Shown piece after piece: positions 22,575 through 37,000 of a DNA stretch of 64,000 nucleotides (the first letter of the stretch is position 1; every line of letters starts with the position of its first letter). Source of the stretch: Zygnema circumcarinatum SAG 698-1b (lineage: Eukaryota > Plantae > Zygnematophyceae); contig CM074804.1 of the NCBI GenBank assembly GCA_037447605.1, positions 7,789,909-7,853,908 of the forward strand. Direction: 5' to 3'. The notes under the pieces are model-generated. The model was not told where the DNA came from. It searched no databases and worked only from the letters and a program-made list of their open reading frames with translations. Position numbers and translations under genes: made by a program.

Positions 22575-23628
22575 CTAAGACTCGCTCTTGCCGGAGTTTC
22601 GCTGAGGAAGCCCTGCGAGAAAACCAGATTCTGATTTTTTCACTGCCGGAGTGGCACTCTCTGTTGCTGGTAGTGGCTTTTCTTCATCGTCTGAAAACCC
22701 GAGCTCTGAAAGCTCTTGTCTTGCCATAAGGTTGCTGCCCACGCACATGTGAAAGCATCCACAGAGGGTCAGATATTAATCCCGGTGGCACCACGTAATG
22801 TCCTTCACAAAAGCTTCAGATAGGCAAATTTTAAAGAAACTTGCGCCATCCGCATGCTATCTACATACACATTCTCCACTTCAGTTCTGCAGTACGGGTG
22901 CGAGTGCTGGCCTTAGGTATTGTTGAAATGAACCACGCAATGCACCTTCAAGGTAAGAGTATGAAGGGCAGTCAGGATTTATAGCAAAGATGATTCATGT
23001 TAACAAACATAACCAGAAATCTGCCTCAGTGGTGACACCGACTTCATGTGTATATCAGCTAGGAAATTGAATACGAACGATAAGAAGCCATGCAACCTTG
23101 GCATGAATATTCAAACCGCAAGTGTTCTGCTGGACAAAAGTACATTCCTATGAGAAAGAAAATGGATAATGTCCCGCTGCTAACAAGAAGCAGCATCCCG
23201 GACGCCACTGTTTGATACTCACCGGTCCATCCGGCACTGCAGATACTCTTTAGAAATGTGCCGACACTTTTCTCCATGGTTCCCATTCTCTTTCAAGCAC
23301 TGCATGTACCGCTGCATGATCTGCGTGACTCACATCACCCACCGCGATCCCATCAGCCACCGCGATCACATCACCCACAGCAATTACATCAGCGACGCGC
23401 CCAAGGAAGGCTATCTCAACTTCTCATGCTCTTCCTATTGACACAAAAAGGCTATCTTAGACAAGGAGGCAAAAATCGCTTCTGCAGTCCTTATTTCTGA
23501 AGTTCCACACGTGTGGAAGGCAGCAGTGAAGAACACACCGATTTGCACTCGCCAAAGTGGTCGAGCGGAAACACGCCTTTCTCAGGCGCTGCTGGTGCTG
23601 GCGTACGTGGCCCTCCAAAGGCGGCCAT
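22575..23628 (-). CDS. COX19: Cytochrome c oxidase assembly protein COX19 (twin CX9C), 115 aa
   Basis: Exons 23628-23539, 23320-23223, 22734-22575 splice in frame to MAAFGGPRTPAPAAPEKGVFPLDHFGECKS|IMQRYMQCLKENGNHGEKCRHISKEYLQCRMDR|NLMARQELSELGF..., matching the COX19 signature PEKGxFPLDHxxEC...CRM...LM...LGF. Confidence 0.95.
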
Positions 23629-23764
23629 GGCTGAACGCCTCTCCAAATGATTCCTTCTCAAATTACTTCCATGGTCTCGCTGATGATGATGACCCGCCCC
23701 TCCCCGCCTTCACATCCCCCCGTCTCCTCCCTCACCGCCTGCCTCCAACGCCCTTCTGCTCTCA

Positions 23765-23818
23765 CCCTAATCCTAACCCTAACCCTAACCCGAACCGTAA
23801 CCCGAAGGGTAACCCTAA
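23765..23818 (+). repeat. Degenerate (CCCTAA)n telomere-like hexamer array
   Basis: ccctaa-tcctaa-ccctaa-ccctaa-cccgaa-ccgtaa-cccgaa...ccctaa, upstream of the COX19 ATG. Confidence 0.7.
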
Positions 23819-23932
23819 TACAGTAACTCGTTTCCGGACTCGGACCCCAATGGCAAACCGCCACGTGTGCGCATCTACATGGCGAGTTTTCATTGGCGGA
23901 AAGTTGTCGGCGAGTCAACGAGTCCAAAGTCC

Positions 23933-24052
23933 ACCGACCTACCGACCTACCGACCTACTGACTTACCGACCTACTGACTTACCGACCTACTGACTTACCG
24001 ACCTATCGACCCACCGGCCTACAAACCTACGACCTATCGACTTACCGACCTA
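23933..24052 (+). repeat. 8-bp tandem array (ACCGACCT / ACTGACTT variants), about 14 units
   Basis: accgacct-accgacct-accgacct-actgactt-accgacct... Similar cgacct units resume after the MITE at ~24600. Confidence 0.85.
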
Positions 24053-24597
24053 ACGTAAAACCGAACAGGCTGAGAAATTGAGCATCGAGTTTATTTAATT
24101 TCTCAATTCTCAATCTTATTGAATAGGCTTGAACTTTGAACACTCGAGGTCGAAACTTTTTCGATTTAAGAAAGCTAAAAGCTCCAAGGAAAAAGTTCAA
24201 AGACTCAACATGTTCAGTCGCACGTGTGAACTCCACTTTTATCCACGTTGGTCCCTTGCGATTTGATGGATCCGGTCAATCGGGATACATTTTTTGCCGT
24301 ACGACTCTCCCCACGAGCAGATCAACAGTTTCTGTACCAATCTCTGGGTCACACGCGCGTTGCGATCCGCTAAAATCTCATTGTTGATCGGTGGACCCAA
24401 GGAAAACTCAAATTGAACAAGTGCGCTAATTAATTGTTCAATGTTCAATTGGTTCTCCAGAAAAATTGCATTGAGAAAAAAATTTAGGAATTAATTTCTC
24501 ATTTCTCAAAATGAATCGTCTTCACAAATATAGGGTTTTTCCTTGATAAACCAAAATATATATATATTTTTTTCTCTCAACCTGTCTGGTTTTACGG
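24053..24597. mobile_element. 545-bp AT-rich MITE, Tc1/mariner-like
   Basis: Imperfect ~25-bp TIR (acgtaaaaccgaacaggctgagaaa; right end ...tctctcaacctgtctggttttacgg; about 20/25 match), flanked by TA on both sides (24051-52, 24598-99). Internal aattgagaaa/ttctcaatt subrepeats. Confidence 0.7.
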
Positions 24598-25018
24598 TAT
24601 TCGACCTGTCGACCTCCGACCAACCGTACATACACACATAACACATACATACAGTACATACATACATACATGTAAGCATGCATAGCAGCATGGGCCACAC
24701 ATACATACATGGATGGATGATGGGGGCAGCCAAACGGTACAGTGCGTGCTGCTGCTACTCCCATCCGAGCCTTCTCGCGTGGGAGCTGCAGCTGGAGCTG
24801 GAGCTGGAGCAAGGCGCGCCATGGCGCCCTTCGCCACTTGGAGCGGCGGCCGCTTGCACGCGGATGCTTGACGCTTGAGGCCTACACTCGGATGCTTTCT
24901 ATGCCTTTGGCTGAAGGAAGGTTGAGGGAAGGAACATAGGGGAAGGGGAGTCAGAGGGAGAGAGGAAGGGGGAGGGAGGGAGGGGAAGTTGGAGGAGGCA
25001 GGCGAAGGGCGAGTGAAA

Positions 25019-28000
25019 ATGGCGACGGACGAGGCAATACCCAAAATGGGAGCGCTCATGGCGGAGCTGCAGATTATTCTGCTCACTGCGCAGCAGAAGG
25101 CCCCGGACCCGCTCGTTTGCTTCGACATTCTGACCAAGCTGCTGCTCACCATAGAGGCTGAACCTAAGGTACGGCGCTGCGAAAACGCAGACACTGGACG
25201 GCGGTAAAATGCCGATTTCTTATCTTCTGTAATTTTGTCAAAGAATTCGAATTAGTATTCTTCTAAGCATCTACGAGCCCGTTCAGGGCAGTGTTCCAAG
25301 TATCGGCCCGCTCTGATCAATGATCCATAGCCCGGCTGGTTAGCATTTATTGCAGTCGATAGATTAGCGGCACTTTTTATCGAGGATTCAGGGATTGAGG
25401 CTTAAACAGCTCGGGATGAAATTTAATGCAAGTTCATGCAAATGCTTGCCTCTCTTCAAATGCTGCCTGCCAGGCCAGACCTCCCTTACCCTTCCCGCAG
25501 ACTTAAACTAACAGACAAGCTGTCATTGGGTATGAGCCAGGAGTCCCTGCTCGCGATGCAAAGGAAATGCGAAGATACTTTGCAATCCCTTTTAGTTTTG
25601 GGCGCGCCACCGCCAATCCGAAGACTCATTTCGTCTGCGATTGTGCGACTTATTGAACTTGGAGACATGATATCCATCTATTCGAGAGTCAGCGGTCTCC
25701 AAGGGCAGTTTTCTGAAAAGGGTCTCAGGCCATCCGCTACTATCGGTAAGTTGTTGGGCTTAACGAATTAGTTTAATGCCAAGTTGTAGCACTCATATCA
25801 GAGAACATCTTGATCGTCACAATGCAAGTGCATGTTCCTTAATGTAAAATGGGGACACGCTGACTTCTACCGGCAATCAAATAGGTTTTCCCGTTACCTC
25901 CAGAAATAATGCTGCATTTTGAGAATCTTCTGTCATGACAGGGGTGGCTCAGTGCCTGGGAGCCCTTTCTCTTCATCATGGACAAAAGATTATGTCAGGA
26001 CTTTCTGAAACTGTCAGTATCGTTGCGAAGCTGATTCGTTCATCAGAGGTGAGCTGCTCTTCTCACCCATTAAATTTGGGGCAGTTACTAGCTTGTACAA
26101 CTTCCCGAGTTTGGGGTCTAGGAAGCTCTTTCGGCTCCTTCCTTGTGGGTGAAAGGCTCATAGTAACGCTGCATTCTAATTGTCTCCATCTTCGTTGTTT
26201 TGACTTATTAATCATTACGTTTGCCATGCTTATTTGTCAAGAATTGAAGTTAATACATCTAAAACGGGGTAGATTAGGAGGCTACATTTTAGAGTAGTGC
26301 GGGTTCACATCACTTTGCACTGGTCTTTGCCAGGGATACAGATCGTGACCCAAGTGTTGTTTCGACGTAGTTTTCATCCTATCAGCAGGCTGACCTTGCA
26401 GATCATTGATCTTAAGACAAAGTTAATCTCAAGTTCTTATGGAAGAAAATGCTAAAACTCTCTAGAAGTGATTTGAGTTTGAGTGCGGCGTGAAAAGGCG
26501 ACTTTGTAGTGAGCAAGCAATCATTTGGCCGATGAGAGATGCAATTAAAACGGCCATACTTTCCCTTTTCTCGGGGTTTAAGAAAATCCGTTCATCCTTG
26601 TAGTGTTGTCGGTCTGTTGTAAAACTCTTTAAAACAATCGTTGGAAATTATAATATCTCTAGCCTTGTCAATTTGGCGCACAAGCCCTTCTTGCCACCGT
26701 GGCTTCAATTAGTAATGATGTGAAAGACTTCACCATTTTTTGTCTATCCTGACACACGTGCTAGGTCAATTGCATCGTTTTATCCCCAACCTTTACTTCA
26801 TTGAAACTTTCTTTAATCAGAGACTGCTTCCTTCTACTTGCATTGTGGATAGATTGGCATTCGACTAGCCGCGATGCAACTTCTGCAAGATGCTGTGGAA
26901 GGCATGCAAGGGGGCGGCTCTTTAGCAGCTTATGGCGAAGCAGTGAAGACTGTGATGCGTTACGGCGTGTCCGACCGTTCCCCCTCCGTACGAGCAGCGG
27001 CCGCCTGCTGCCTTTGGGCCATCGCTGCGGCAGGAGGGCCCGGATTGGCCGGCGGAGGACTTGAACCTCTCGCCTCCCTTTGTGTCAAGGTGGTCCATGA
27101 TGATTACACCTACTTTGTCAGGTTAAGGATGGAAGGTGTTCCAACAAGTAGTTGCACTGTGTTGGGTGGCGATACCTACATACTTGCCTTGACTTTTCTG
27201 ACGATTTCTTGGGAGACCCTTCTGGACATACGCAGATCACCAAGTTCCGTTTTTCTTATATCTTACATGGGCTGGCAAACTTATCTGTAGGCTTTGGAAG
27301 ATTCAGCGCAGTCCGCACGGGATAGCTTCGCTTCGGCTTTAGGGGCGTTGATTGCTCTTGGTCTTAATCCGCAAGCGCAGGTGAGTACTCCGCCGTACGC
27401 CAAATGCACGCAAGTGATGGTCATTACTGTAAAGCTGAGCCTGAAGTACATGATAATTATTTAGAAAAATCTGAAATTCGAAAGCAACTCGAAGCCAGAA
27501 TATTGATGCCTAATCTTGATGCCTGAGTCATATTGCTAATGAGATATTACTCCCTTTTTGGGTGAATCGAAATCTCCATCCCACTTGCATTAGAACTAGA
27601 GCATCATGTTCAGTTTTTTTTGTTTTTTAATTTCAACGTGTAAACAATTAGATTTTGGAAACTCAGTACAGTCGGCTAAATTTTTGAACCTTGAAATAAT
27701 TTTTTTCTGGGAAAATCTCAATTCTGAAAACTATTTGTAGCCAGAGTCACAATACAAATCGAACTGAGTGAATTTCATATTGAGCATATGTATACGTTTT
27801 TGGTCCAACGGGTGTAAACTGCCCTTAAGAAGGCCACGGGCTATTCACGTAACACAGGTCAAGTCCTATGGCAAAGATCGACCCAAACGGTGGATCTGTT
27901 TCATCCATTATCTGAGTCTATAATGAGCATTTACAGCAACACAAGGAAAAAAGTCAGATGTCAAATTTGAAGAAATTCTAAACCTTCACATCTCATGTTC

Positions 28001-31000
28001 TGATGTATTGAATTTTGGACAACAGCTATGTTGTATGAACTGATTAAGGAGATTAAGCTCGTTGCTTTCTTCGATATGGGGAGCTTTGCCAGCCTTCATG
28101 GACAATACAACTTAAGATGCTTTTGTTCGGAAGGATGAGACTGAATTTAAAAAAGTGACTTTTTGCATGCAATGACTGAAGCAGTGAGTACTGTTATGAA
28201 AACCATTCTACTTTCGTGATGTGCTTTTGGGCACCTTGATATCACTTTCCTTTTGAGCCTGCCACTGTCATTTCCCTGAAGTCTTGTTGGAGCTTGAATG
28301 CAGATTCAGGGCAAAGGCAAAGGCCCAGCAATCCCTCCAAAGGCTATGGAGGGAGGTTTGCAGAAGTATCTGATTATACCTTTCTCAAAAGGTGAACCTG
28401 ATCTGCGTAATCGACTCTCCGATTTTAAAATTTCACATCTGAAGCATTGTCTGCTTTTCTTCTCCCGAGTCAGTCAGATTTTAGTGCTGACTGGGTGGAT
28501 CGGGGAAGGTGGCAAATGCAGCGAGTGGTCCTAAAGCCCGCGATCTTCGCATGGCCCTTGCAATTGCTTGGGTTGCCTTCCTTCAGGTATACGATGCATG
28601 TTTCGCGTGTACTATACATAGTATTCCCACCTTTCGCTGCTTTTAAGGCTTGCACCCGATGCTGGCCCCCCTTTCGTTTAAGCTGTACATAGAACCCGCC
28701 TTTCGCATGTTTGGTGGACTGACTGACTCGAATGTAGTATGGCATCTTGATGTAGTGTAGCATACTGTTCTGGGCTGTGCTTTTTGCAGGCAATGAGGCT
28801 TACCTACAGTATCGCAGACGTGGAACTTATTCCATACGCTCAACAAGTCATCAGCATGCTCGCTCAATCTGGCAAGTCAACTGTCGATGTCCATGCACAG
28901 GTACGGATTACCATCTGCAGTAAACACAGGGTGGAAAGCTTGCAAATTCAACTCAGTGGAGGAACATCTTGGAATGAATTTCTTTTCTGATAGGCCTGTA
29001 GGTGAGCCTGACTGAAGCTGTTTCTAGGGAGTTGAATTCGTGTAGATGAAAACCTTTCAATGCGTTTTATGCACTTGACCGACAGGCCCGACTCATGTGA
29101 TTTGAGTGATGACATCGGAATCCTGCCTGACTACTCTTGCAGTCATTCTTGCACTTAAAAGAGTCTGAAGGTGCTATTCTTTAGTAATGATCAGCTGGGC
29201 TATGATGAATATAAGGAAATTTAAAGAATATTTTTGAAGGTGCCTACTGAAGCAACGTTCAGATGGGGGCAGGCATGCGTGCTCTACATTTTGCGTGTGG
29301 GAATAGTGGAGCCAATGGGAGAAGCTGCGCAGAAGGAGTCAATACAACCTTTGACAAAGCAGGTGATATTCCAACTGGCGGAACCATTTCTACTTTGTGA
29401 TCTTTTACAATGAGCTGTGTCCGATACAATTGAGAGGCAGTACTGGACGAGAGACAGTCATTATTGTCAAGTTGATTTCCCTAGATTATGAATTCCTGTT
29501 TCAGAATGGCCTGCCATAATGAAGCCTCTAAGTAGCGATTTTAGGGTTTCTTACTGAAAGTGATGGCTGCTTGGCATGACAGCTGTCAGCTGCAGATTCG
29601 AGCCCCTCCATGCTGGTTTCAACCCTGCGTATTTTAGCGCACTTATTGAGCGTCCTTGGTGAAGTGAGCACCCTTTCCATTCCCAGCTTTGATGCCCCAC
29701 TGCGTTTGATTCTATCTCATCCCTGCAAGAATGATTGGGCTATCAAAATGAAGCACACTTTGCTGTCAAACATATAGTGGAGTTCATGCCAATGGTGGTC
29801 AGCCTAAGCGGCAGAGTAGCCATGAGTTTTATGTCCAACGTATTGCAAGGTCTTTAGAAAGAGCTGTATGGAGCGAGCAATTGGTATTTGTAGCCAGTTG
29901 CTATCCATGAAAGCCCTTCAGTAGAGATGTATGCCGAAACCTATATCAGAGTTCATGCTTTATATCCCACCACAGCGGCAAGTAATCCTTTGGGATAGAA
30001 TGTTCTCAAGCGTGCAAATATTTCTGCTGTGATTTGCGGTGCTCATTGTGAAAATCTTGTCGTTGGGGCGATGGGAACTTGTAGGTGACTCCTGCCTCTC
30101 GGGAAGAGTTGAGCCAATCGTTGGTTTCGTGCTTGGCCCATCCGTCAGCAGCGGTACGGATATTGTCATATGAAATCCTTGGATCTCTTTTGTTCGTGTT
30201 CTAATGTGGCAGTATGTTCGCATGCATTCGTCGAGAGATGAAAAGAGTGACGATGATCGAATAAAATGTGCACGCTTCTTGGCAGTGCAAGTTGTTATCT
30301 GTTACTGGATTCTGCTCTCCATATTGAAAAGCTTTTACCCCATCAGCATAAAGAATATCGAGCGTCTGTAGTCAGCAAATCACTTATGCACTGCAGGTAG
30401 ACAGGCAGCAGCAAAACGAGCTTAAGTAGGGCGCCGGTTGAGCTGTTAAACAGAAACTGCAAGAGTCAAAATGTCCCTTGCGATCAATTGTTAACAAATG
30501 GTGGTTTTTGCGCAGGTGAGGATAGAGGCTGCTTTAGGGTTGCGAGCATTGGCAGAAGTGGATCCATCCTGTGTGAACGCTCTCATGTCAGGTGGAATCA
30601 CTGTCCTTCGAGCCAATCGAGATGCGGCAGCTTCGGAGAAGGTATGTCGCCTATGCATCATGGTGGCGAAAGGTCAGCAGTCAAAATGGCTCTCTCGTTT
30701 GGTACGTTAGTTGGGATGTCATGTAGCTCTTCATATCCTAGTGTCACGATGGTATTGTGACCCTTATTGGGGCTTTCTGACACATGGGAAGTGATATGAT
30801 TTCCTTTACTTCTCTGGCGTATAGGTGGAATTTAGAATGTGGCTCTGACTCCTTTTGCACACCAAACATAGGGTAAACACTCGTTTGACGTTTCGATTGT
30901 CGATTAGCCTCCCTCGTCTGCTGGCAGTATAGCTGCCTTGTTCACACTCTCCTTGCATGTGCAGGTGGAGAAGCAGAGGGTTGAGCTGGATGGGCTGCAC

Positions 31001-34000
31001 GGGCAGGCAGCAATGCTTGCAGCCCTTCTCGTTGTTGTACCAAAGCTGCCTCTCGGAGTGCCATCCAGGTAACAGCCATCTAACACAGCCCCTCCGTACA
31101 TCTCCGTACTGACTGTCTTCTCATATCTAAACGGTGACTGAAGCATGTTTCCCTTCCCCCTTTGCCATCCACCCTTCAGCCTAAACCTTTCCCTGTGCTG
31201 CTAACCCCCGCCTGCTGCAACTGGCAGCGCGAATCCCCAACGGCTTCTACCACATCGATGACCAACTGACTGACTGACTGACTGACTGACCATGCTGAGT
31301 TGGCGCGCTGTGATAGGCTGCCGCTCGCAATACTGGAAGTGGCGCAGCAGATGGTGCTCCGTCCCGTGTGCAAATTCGCGGGGGGGGCCTCCGCGGAGAG
31401 GGAAGCAGGATGGATGCTCGTGGCTGCACTCGCGGCAGCCATGGCGAAGGAGGTGAGAGCAGGGGGCCATGAACCCGCGGCGGAGTCTCTATTCTACACT
31501 TTCAGAAGCGCAAGTGCACATATGCTGCATCAAAAAGGTTTTGCCTTTGGTTAATTTGCTGGACCATGGCAAGCTTGAGCAGGAGTTGGAGGAGCATGAG
31601 CTTGAACTTATAGCTCTGTGGACAGTTCCCTTTGGAGGAAACTGTCTAGAACGCTTGAAGAGAATTGAACCAAACAATCTCGCGTCAGAAGTCAGGTTAG
31701 TGACTAAATGAACACAGGGTTTTTCGGTTGTTGTTGCACAACCCCACAACAGGCTTTGGCGCATTAAGTTAAGAGTGGGGCTTCAGTTCTTTAATGTTTT
31801 GGTTAATCGATTTTCTGGATGCTTTGCAGTGGATGGGCCGCCGCCATGGAGGCTCTTTCTTCATTCATTTCGAGCTACATGGTCCCCTCCATGTCCGCTA
31901 GCAAGGAGGGGCTGCTCCTCTCACCTGTTCTCAACTATCTCAATGGGTAATCTCAGCCTCTCTCTCTCTTCAGGATTTTCACTTTTGACCGGCGGCAAGG
32001 AACACTAGCATGTCCCTGTCCCTGTTGCTAAAGTGTGCCAGAAGAAGTTTCTAGGTCTGCTACAAGTCGTTTTCTTTACTTATTTAATTATTTTTTCTAT
32101 GCAGCTAAGGCGACTCATTTGAACAGCAGTCAAGTAATGGCTGATTGACTGCCTATTTTATTTGCGTGTGGCAGAGTTTTGACGTGTTTGGACTCGCCTC
32201 TCCTTCAAGAAGCAGCCCCGGCTGTGCGGGCCCAAGGAGAGCTGCTGGTCATTCATACATTGAGGGCTTACTTGGCCTTGGGTGAAGTTTCTCTCTACCA
32301 GTCCGATCACCAAACTCTCCTCAGTATCTGTACCTCCCCTTTCAGGTGAGCCCTTGAGCCTGCTGTCCACAATTGACTTTAGGGATTTGAGCTCTCTACT
32401 ACATGTGCGCAGCGTGTCTCTGAAAATTGTCAGCTTTTTTCTGACATTCTTGTTGAAACCAAACAGCCTCTTTTACAGTGCTTTGTTGAGCTTTAAGTTT
32501 CGTTTGCAAGGATTGCTGATGGGTATCCGATAAAGACTATGGCCAGTGGAAAGCCATCCTTGAACCCCATACCCCTTAAGACAGAGAACTATATCCTTCC
32601 CTTTGTGTATGCAGAGACGGAGCCGCCTTTCCCCCGAGCTCATGTCTGAGGCAGATTCTGGACTCCCGCGATGCCTCTTTAGGGCCATGGGTGCCGGGCA
32701 GGTGAAAGCCCATCTCCTCTCCTCTCCTCTCTCCCCTCCTGCCCTTCCATGTGAACAAATGTGGCCGAATGCACAGTTTGGCTACTGCTGTCAGTTCTCT
32801 GGTTAAGGTCGGCTGAGTGAAGACTGTGTTCAAGTTCTGACACTTAGGGGTGAGAGTGGAGAGCAACTTTGCAGAGACAATCTGGAGGACGAATTGAGAG
32901 CTTTTCGCGGTGGAGCTGATGGGCTCCCCCCCTGCGTTTGGGACTCCGATGTCTGCGTGTTTCCCCAGGTGAGTTCGTTTCCATAATCTTTTCTGATCCC
33001 GTTTGTACTGTTCTCCTACTTGGAAAACTCCTCCTTGTCTTTCGAATGTGAGAGTCTGGCCATCTCCATACTGCGAAGTAGCTTCGTTTCCTTCAAGACG
33101 CCTCGGTTTCACTTCCGACTTCGTCTAAAAAAACGTCCCTTCCAATCTAGGTACTGAGTGGAAAAATAAATGTATTCTGCAAAACGCTCTCTTCCTCTGA
33201 TCTGTGCTGTGAGAGGGTGGGGCTCACAGAGGTGCTACGCGTTTGGGGGTGTGTGCTTGCTCAGCCGATCTCGCAGGCCACCTCTTTGGTGGACGCAATG
33301 CTGCTCGGCTTCGCCGCAGTCTATGCTGCGCAGGTCAGTTCAAGGGGGAATCCTCAAACGAACCATGATTCAGCACAGAACGGTTGAACTATAACAGCCC
33401 TATGGTGAAGTAGTTCTATCTATCATTTACTTTGTGTATATAGAGCGGTAGGACACTTTCCAGCGACTCATGCGTGCCGTTCACTCTCTCAAGAACTAAC
33501 TAACTCTCACGTTCATGCTATGTTGTATTTTTGTAAAGCTTTAGTGGAGTATGCTAATGGTGTGCTGTCTCTTGGCCATGGTGTGCAGACGGAACAAGCC
33601 AAATTGGAGCTGCTTGATCTTATCATTGAGTGTTTGAAGGCCGGGAGGAAGCAGCAGTGGCGAGCTGCCAGTGCTGTTAATGTTTGTGTTGCCCTGCTGG
33701 GCGGCCTTAAGGTCAGTTACTGTCAACCATTTGGATGCCAAAAAAGGCCTTTCTTTGTTTTTCTCAGCATGATCCTGTTGCTTATCCTTCTGCTTCACTA
33801 CGGGAATCCTCTCCTCGCGGTTTCGGTCAGTGTATAACGATGTTCTCCTTCTTCTTTTTGAGGGTTCATGGGCAGAACTCCATAGCAAGGAAGGAGCAGG
33901 AGCACCCTTCAGCCGAGCTGTGGAAACGCTGCCAGATGGTGATTCAGGTGAGAATGTGCCCAGGTCCATACGGAGGAGTACTAAAGACAAGGGATTTTGC

Positions 34001-37000
34001 CCATGTATAAACCTTGCTTCGCTTTGTTCGTTTGCAGTAATGGAAGTTCAAATGGGAGTGACGTTCTTTCGTGTGATATTGATAGCCCATTTTCCAATGT
34101 GTGCCACAACTGGTTTTCTAGGAGGAGACCGAAAAGTAGACCACTTTGAACATGGAAGAAGCTCTGCGTACTTGTATTGTCTCAGCACTTGTTGGGCACA
34201 GAATACATTGTTACATCAACCTTCTGAATGTGTTCCGCTCCGAATATGCAGTGAAACCAAACTTGTGACCGTTCTCGTTTTGGGAATGCAGGGCGTGTTG
34301 GCTGCAGATGCTTCTGCCCCCGCCTTCAAACGAGCAGCTGCAGAGGCCCTCGGCATGCTTGCACGTCTCGGGGATGATCTCTACGCCGCCCGCCTTGTGA
34401 GTAGCAGTTCTCTCACCAGTATTGGGAACTTGGGCCAAGTTTATTTGAACTGTGCAATGGAGACAGTTGCAGCTTTAGTAGTGTCTGTCTCTCTTCGTTT
34501 GGCACGCGTACTGAAATGCAGGCCGGGTCGGTCGGCAGGTGCATTCTCTTCTTGCCGATGCGAGCAGCACCACTGAGGCCTCACAAAGGGGAGCCATTGC
34601 CTTAGCGTTGGGCTGCGTACGGCGGAGGTAATATCCTCTACCGCAAGGAGGGCTTCAAACTGGGCATACCGGCCTCTTTCTCACAAGGACTGCGAATGTG
34701 GCTGGCAAATGGGCAAATGACCTTTTGGTCATTGTTATTCTGACTGACTGAATGACTAGCTGACTTGAGAGTGGTTGTGTGTGGCAGTGTGGGAGGCATG
34801 GCCCTTTCAGCGCTGGTCACTCCCACTGTGCAGGCCCTCTGCCAGTTAGCGAGAGACTCCACCGACAGTTTGCACATATGGGCACTGCACGCACTTTGGC
34901 TCACTGCCGACGCAGCGGGTCTCTCCTACATCCCACACGTGCAGGTACGGACTGCCCCATTTCCTGCCTGCCTGTGCTGACTCTTGCATCTTGAAATCGC
35001 AGACCTGTACACTTTGTATGAGCATTGCGAACGCTTTCTTTCAGTCGATTTCTACCTTGTCAGCTTCTGCTGAGAGGATAGTTTAAACTGCAAAACTTGC
35101 TGCTTTACCTGATACTAGGAAGCAGGCCTGCATTCGGACGATAAAACGCTATTTCATGGAGGGGATGCAGGCCACCCTTTCTCTTGCGATGGATGTGCTG
35201 CTTTCCGAGGAGCACAATGTGGGCGGCCTGCATCAAAGCGCAGGGCGGCTGGTCAATGCCATGGTGGCGGTGCTCGGCCCTGAGCTTGTCCCGGGAAGCC
35301 CTGTATTTTCTCGATGCAAGGTGAGATTTTTTAGGTTGTAAGCTCTATATTACTGACATTTTCCCAGGCCCTTGGTGCTCTAAGATTCCTTTGCAGAGAT
35401 GGGAAAGGTGTGAGTTCATTTACTGGCTGCTTTATAGGGGGGTAGGTTGTGAAGGAGAATATGGCATTTTTCCTAAAGCGACAGCATTTTCTCGTGTCTT
35501 GAGCAAGTTTTTTGATGGGTTGTTATTCGCCCTCTCATGGATCATCTTATGTGGTTGGGCTCGCAGTTGATTGTTTCAGATATTAGCTCTACAGAGGAAC
35601 CTGCAGCACAGCTCGAGTGAGTTTCTATTCCTCGTTATAGAAACGCATATTCAGTAGATTCAAGAAGTATCTGTGTTGCATTTGGAAGTTTTGAGTTGCA
35701 TGAACTAGCACTGCCGTGGGGAGCAGCTGCTGAGAGTTCGAAAGTCAACTCAAGATGCCTACAAGAAAACGGAAAGGTCAATAAGATATGAGGAGCTAAT
35801 TGTAGTTCACCCAGCGACTTTACTAAACCCGAACGTAAGAAACCTTAAGATTTCCCTTATCTTAACCTTTTTCACGAGTCCCCAGATTTGCAGATCTGAA
35901 CCTCTTACTGTTGCCTCCTGCAGGTGCGTCCTGTACACTCAGCAGCTTGTGCTGTTCGCCCCCCAAGCAGTGCCTGTGCATGTGCACGTGCAGACTCTCC
36001 GGGCAACTCTCTCCTCCCGGCAGGTACACTCCTCTTCTTCTCTTGCCGAGCTGCACAGACAGCATCATAGTCATAGTCATAGTCATAGTCATAGTCAATG
36101 TGGGAGAGGAAGCGGAGTTTCATTGAGAGGGGATGCGGGGTGCCTGCAGCCTTCTCTGCGACAAGCAGCCGTGTCCACTCTGCGGCATATGTCCGAGCGC
36201 GAGCCGGTGAGTGAGAAATACTTTGCTTTTGCTGGAATTCCCTGCGGCAAGTAATTACATGCAGACGTGAATATTAGACGAGCGTCGTATCTTGGTTTCC
36301 ATGAGCCACACCGACCGACCGACCGACCGACCGACCGACCGACGGGATAGTGTGCTTCTGAGTTTGTGCATAGGGCATTGTGGGCAGATGGCTATGGTGG
36401 ACGAGCACATTGAAGAGGACCTCTTTGCGATGTTGGACAATGAAACGAATGCGCGGTGAGTATGAGCCTTGAGCCCTTCCCCGGAAGTGGGGGCCTTTGG
36501 TTTTCCAAGCAGCCGTGTCCAATGCCGCAAAGGTCCAATGCTGAAAGGTCCTCTGTGTGGGTGTCGTTCAGCATAGTACGGGACGTCTGCCTCACATTGG
36601 AGACACTGCTGGAAGTCGCATGCCCCATAAATCCCAGCAGATGGCTGCGATTATGCCGTAATGTGGTGAGTCTCTGTTGTTACTCGCCCCATGTCAACGC
36701 GTGTACTTTTTGCTCCGTTTATAACCACTCAGTGGAATTCTCCTCTGGAATTTTGATTGTAACGTATCGTTGCCAACAGCTTTGTTCCAGTGTAAGCCCA
36801 TGTTATTGGTGGTCGGGGGTAGGTTCTTGCAGCATCTGCAACGAAGAAAGCGGGCGAAGATCAGCGGGAGCAGATGGAGGGAGGAGAAGGAGGGCCGGGA
36901 GAGGATGATGAGGCGGGCATGGTGGCGTATACAGCCCGCCTTTCCGGTGGAGATCAGCACGCAAGAGACGAAAGCGCCAAGTCCAGTACCTTTTCTGGAA

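Noticed and set aside
31265-36345. Short intronic SSRs: (GACT)n, (CATAGT)n, (GACC)n
   Set aside because: Ordinary microsatellites with no additional structure.
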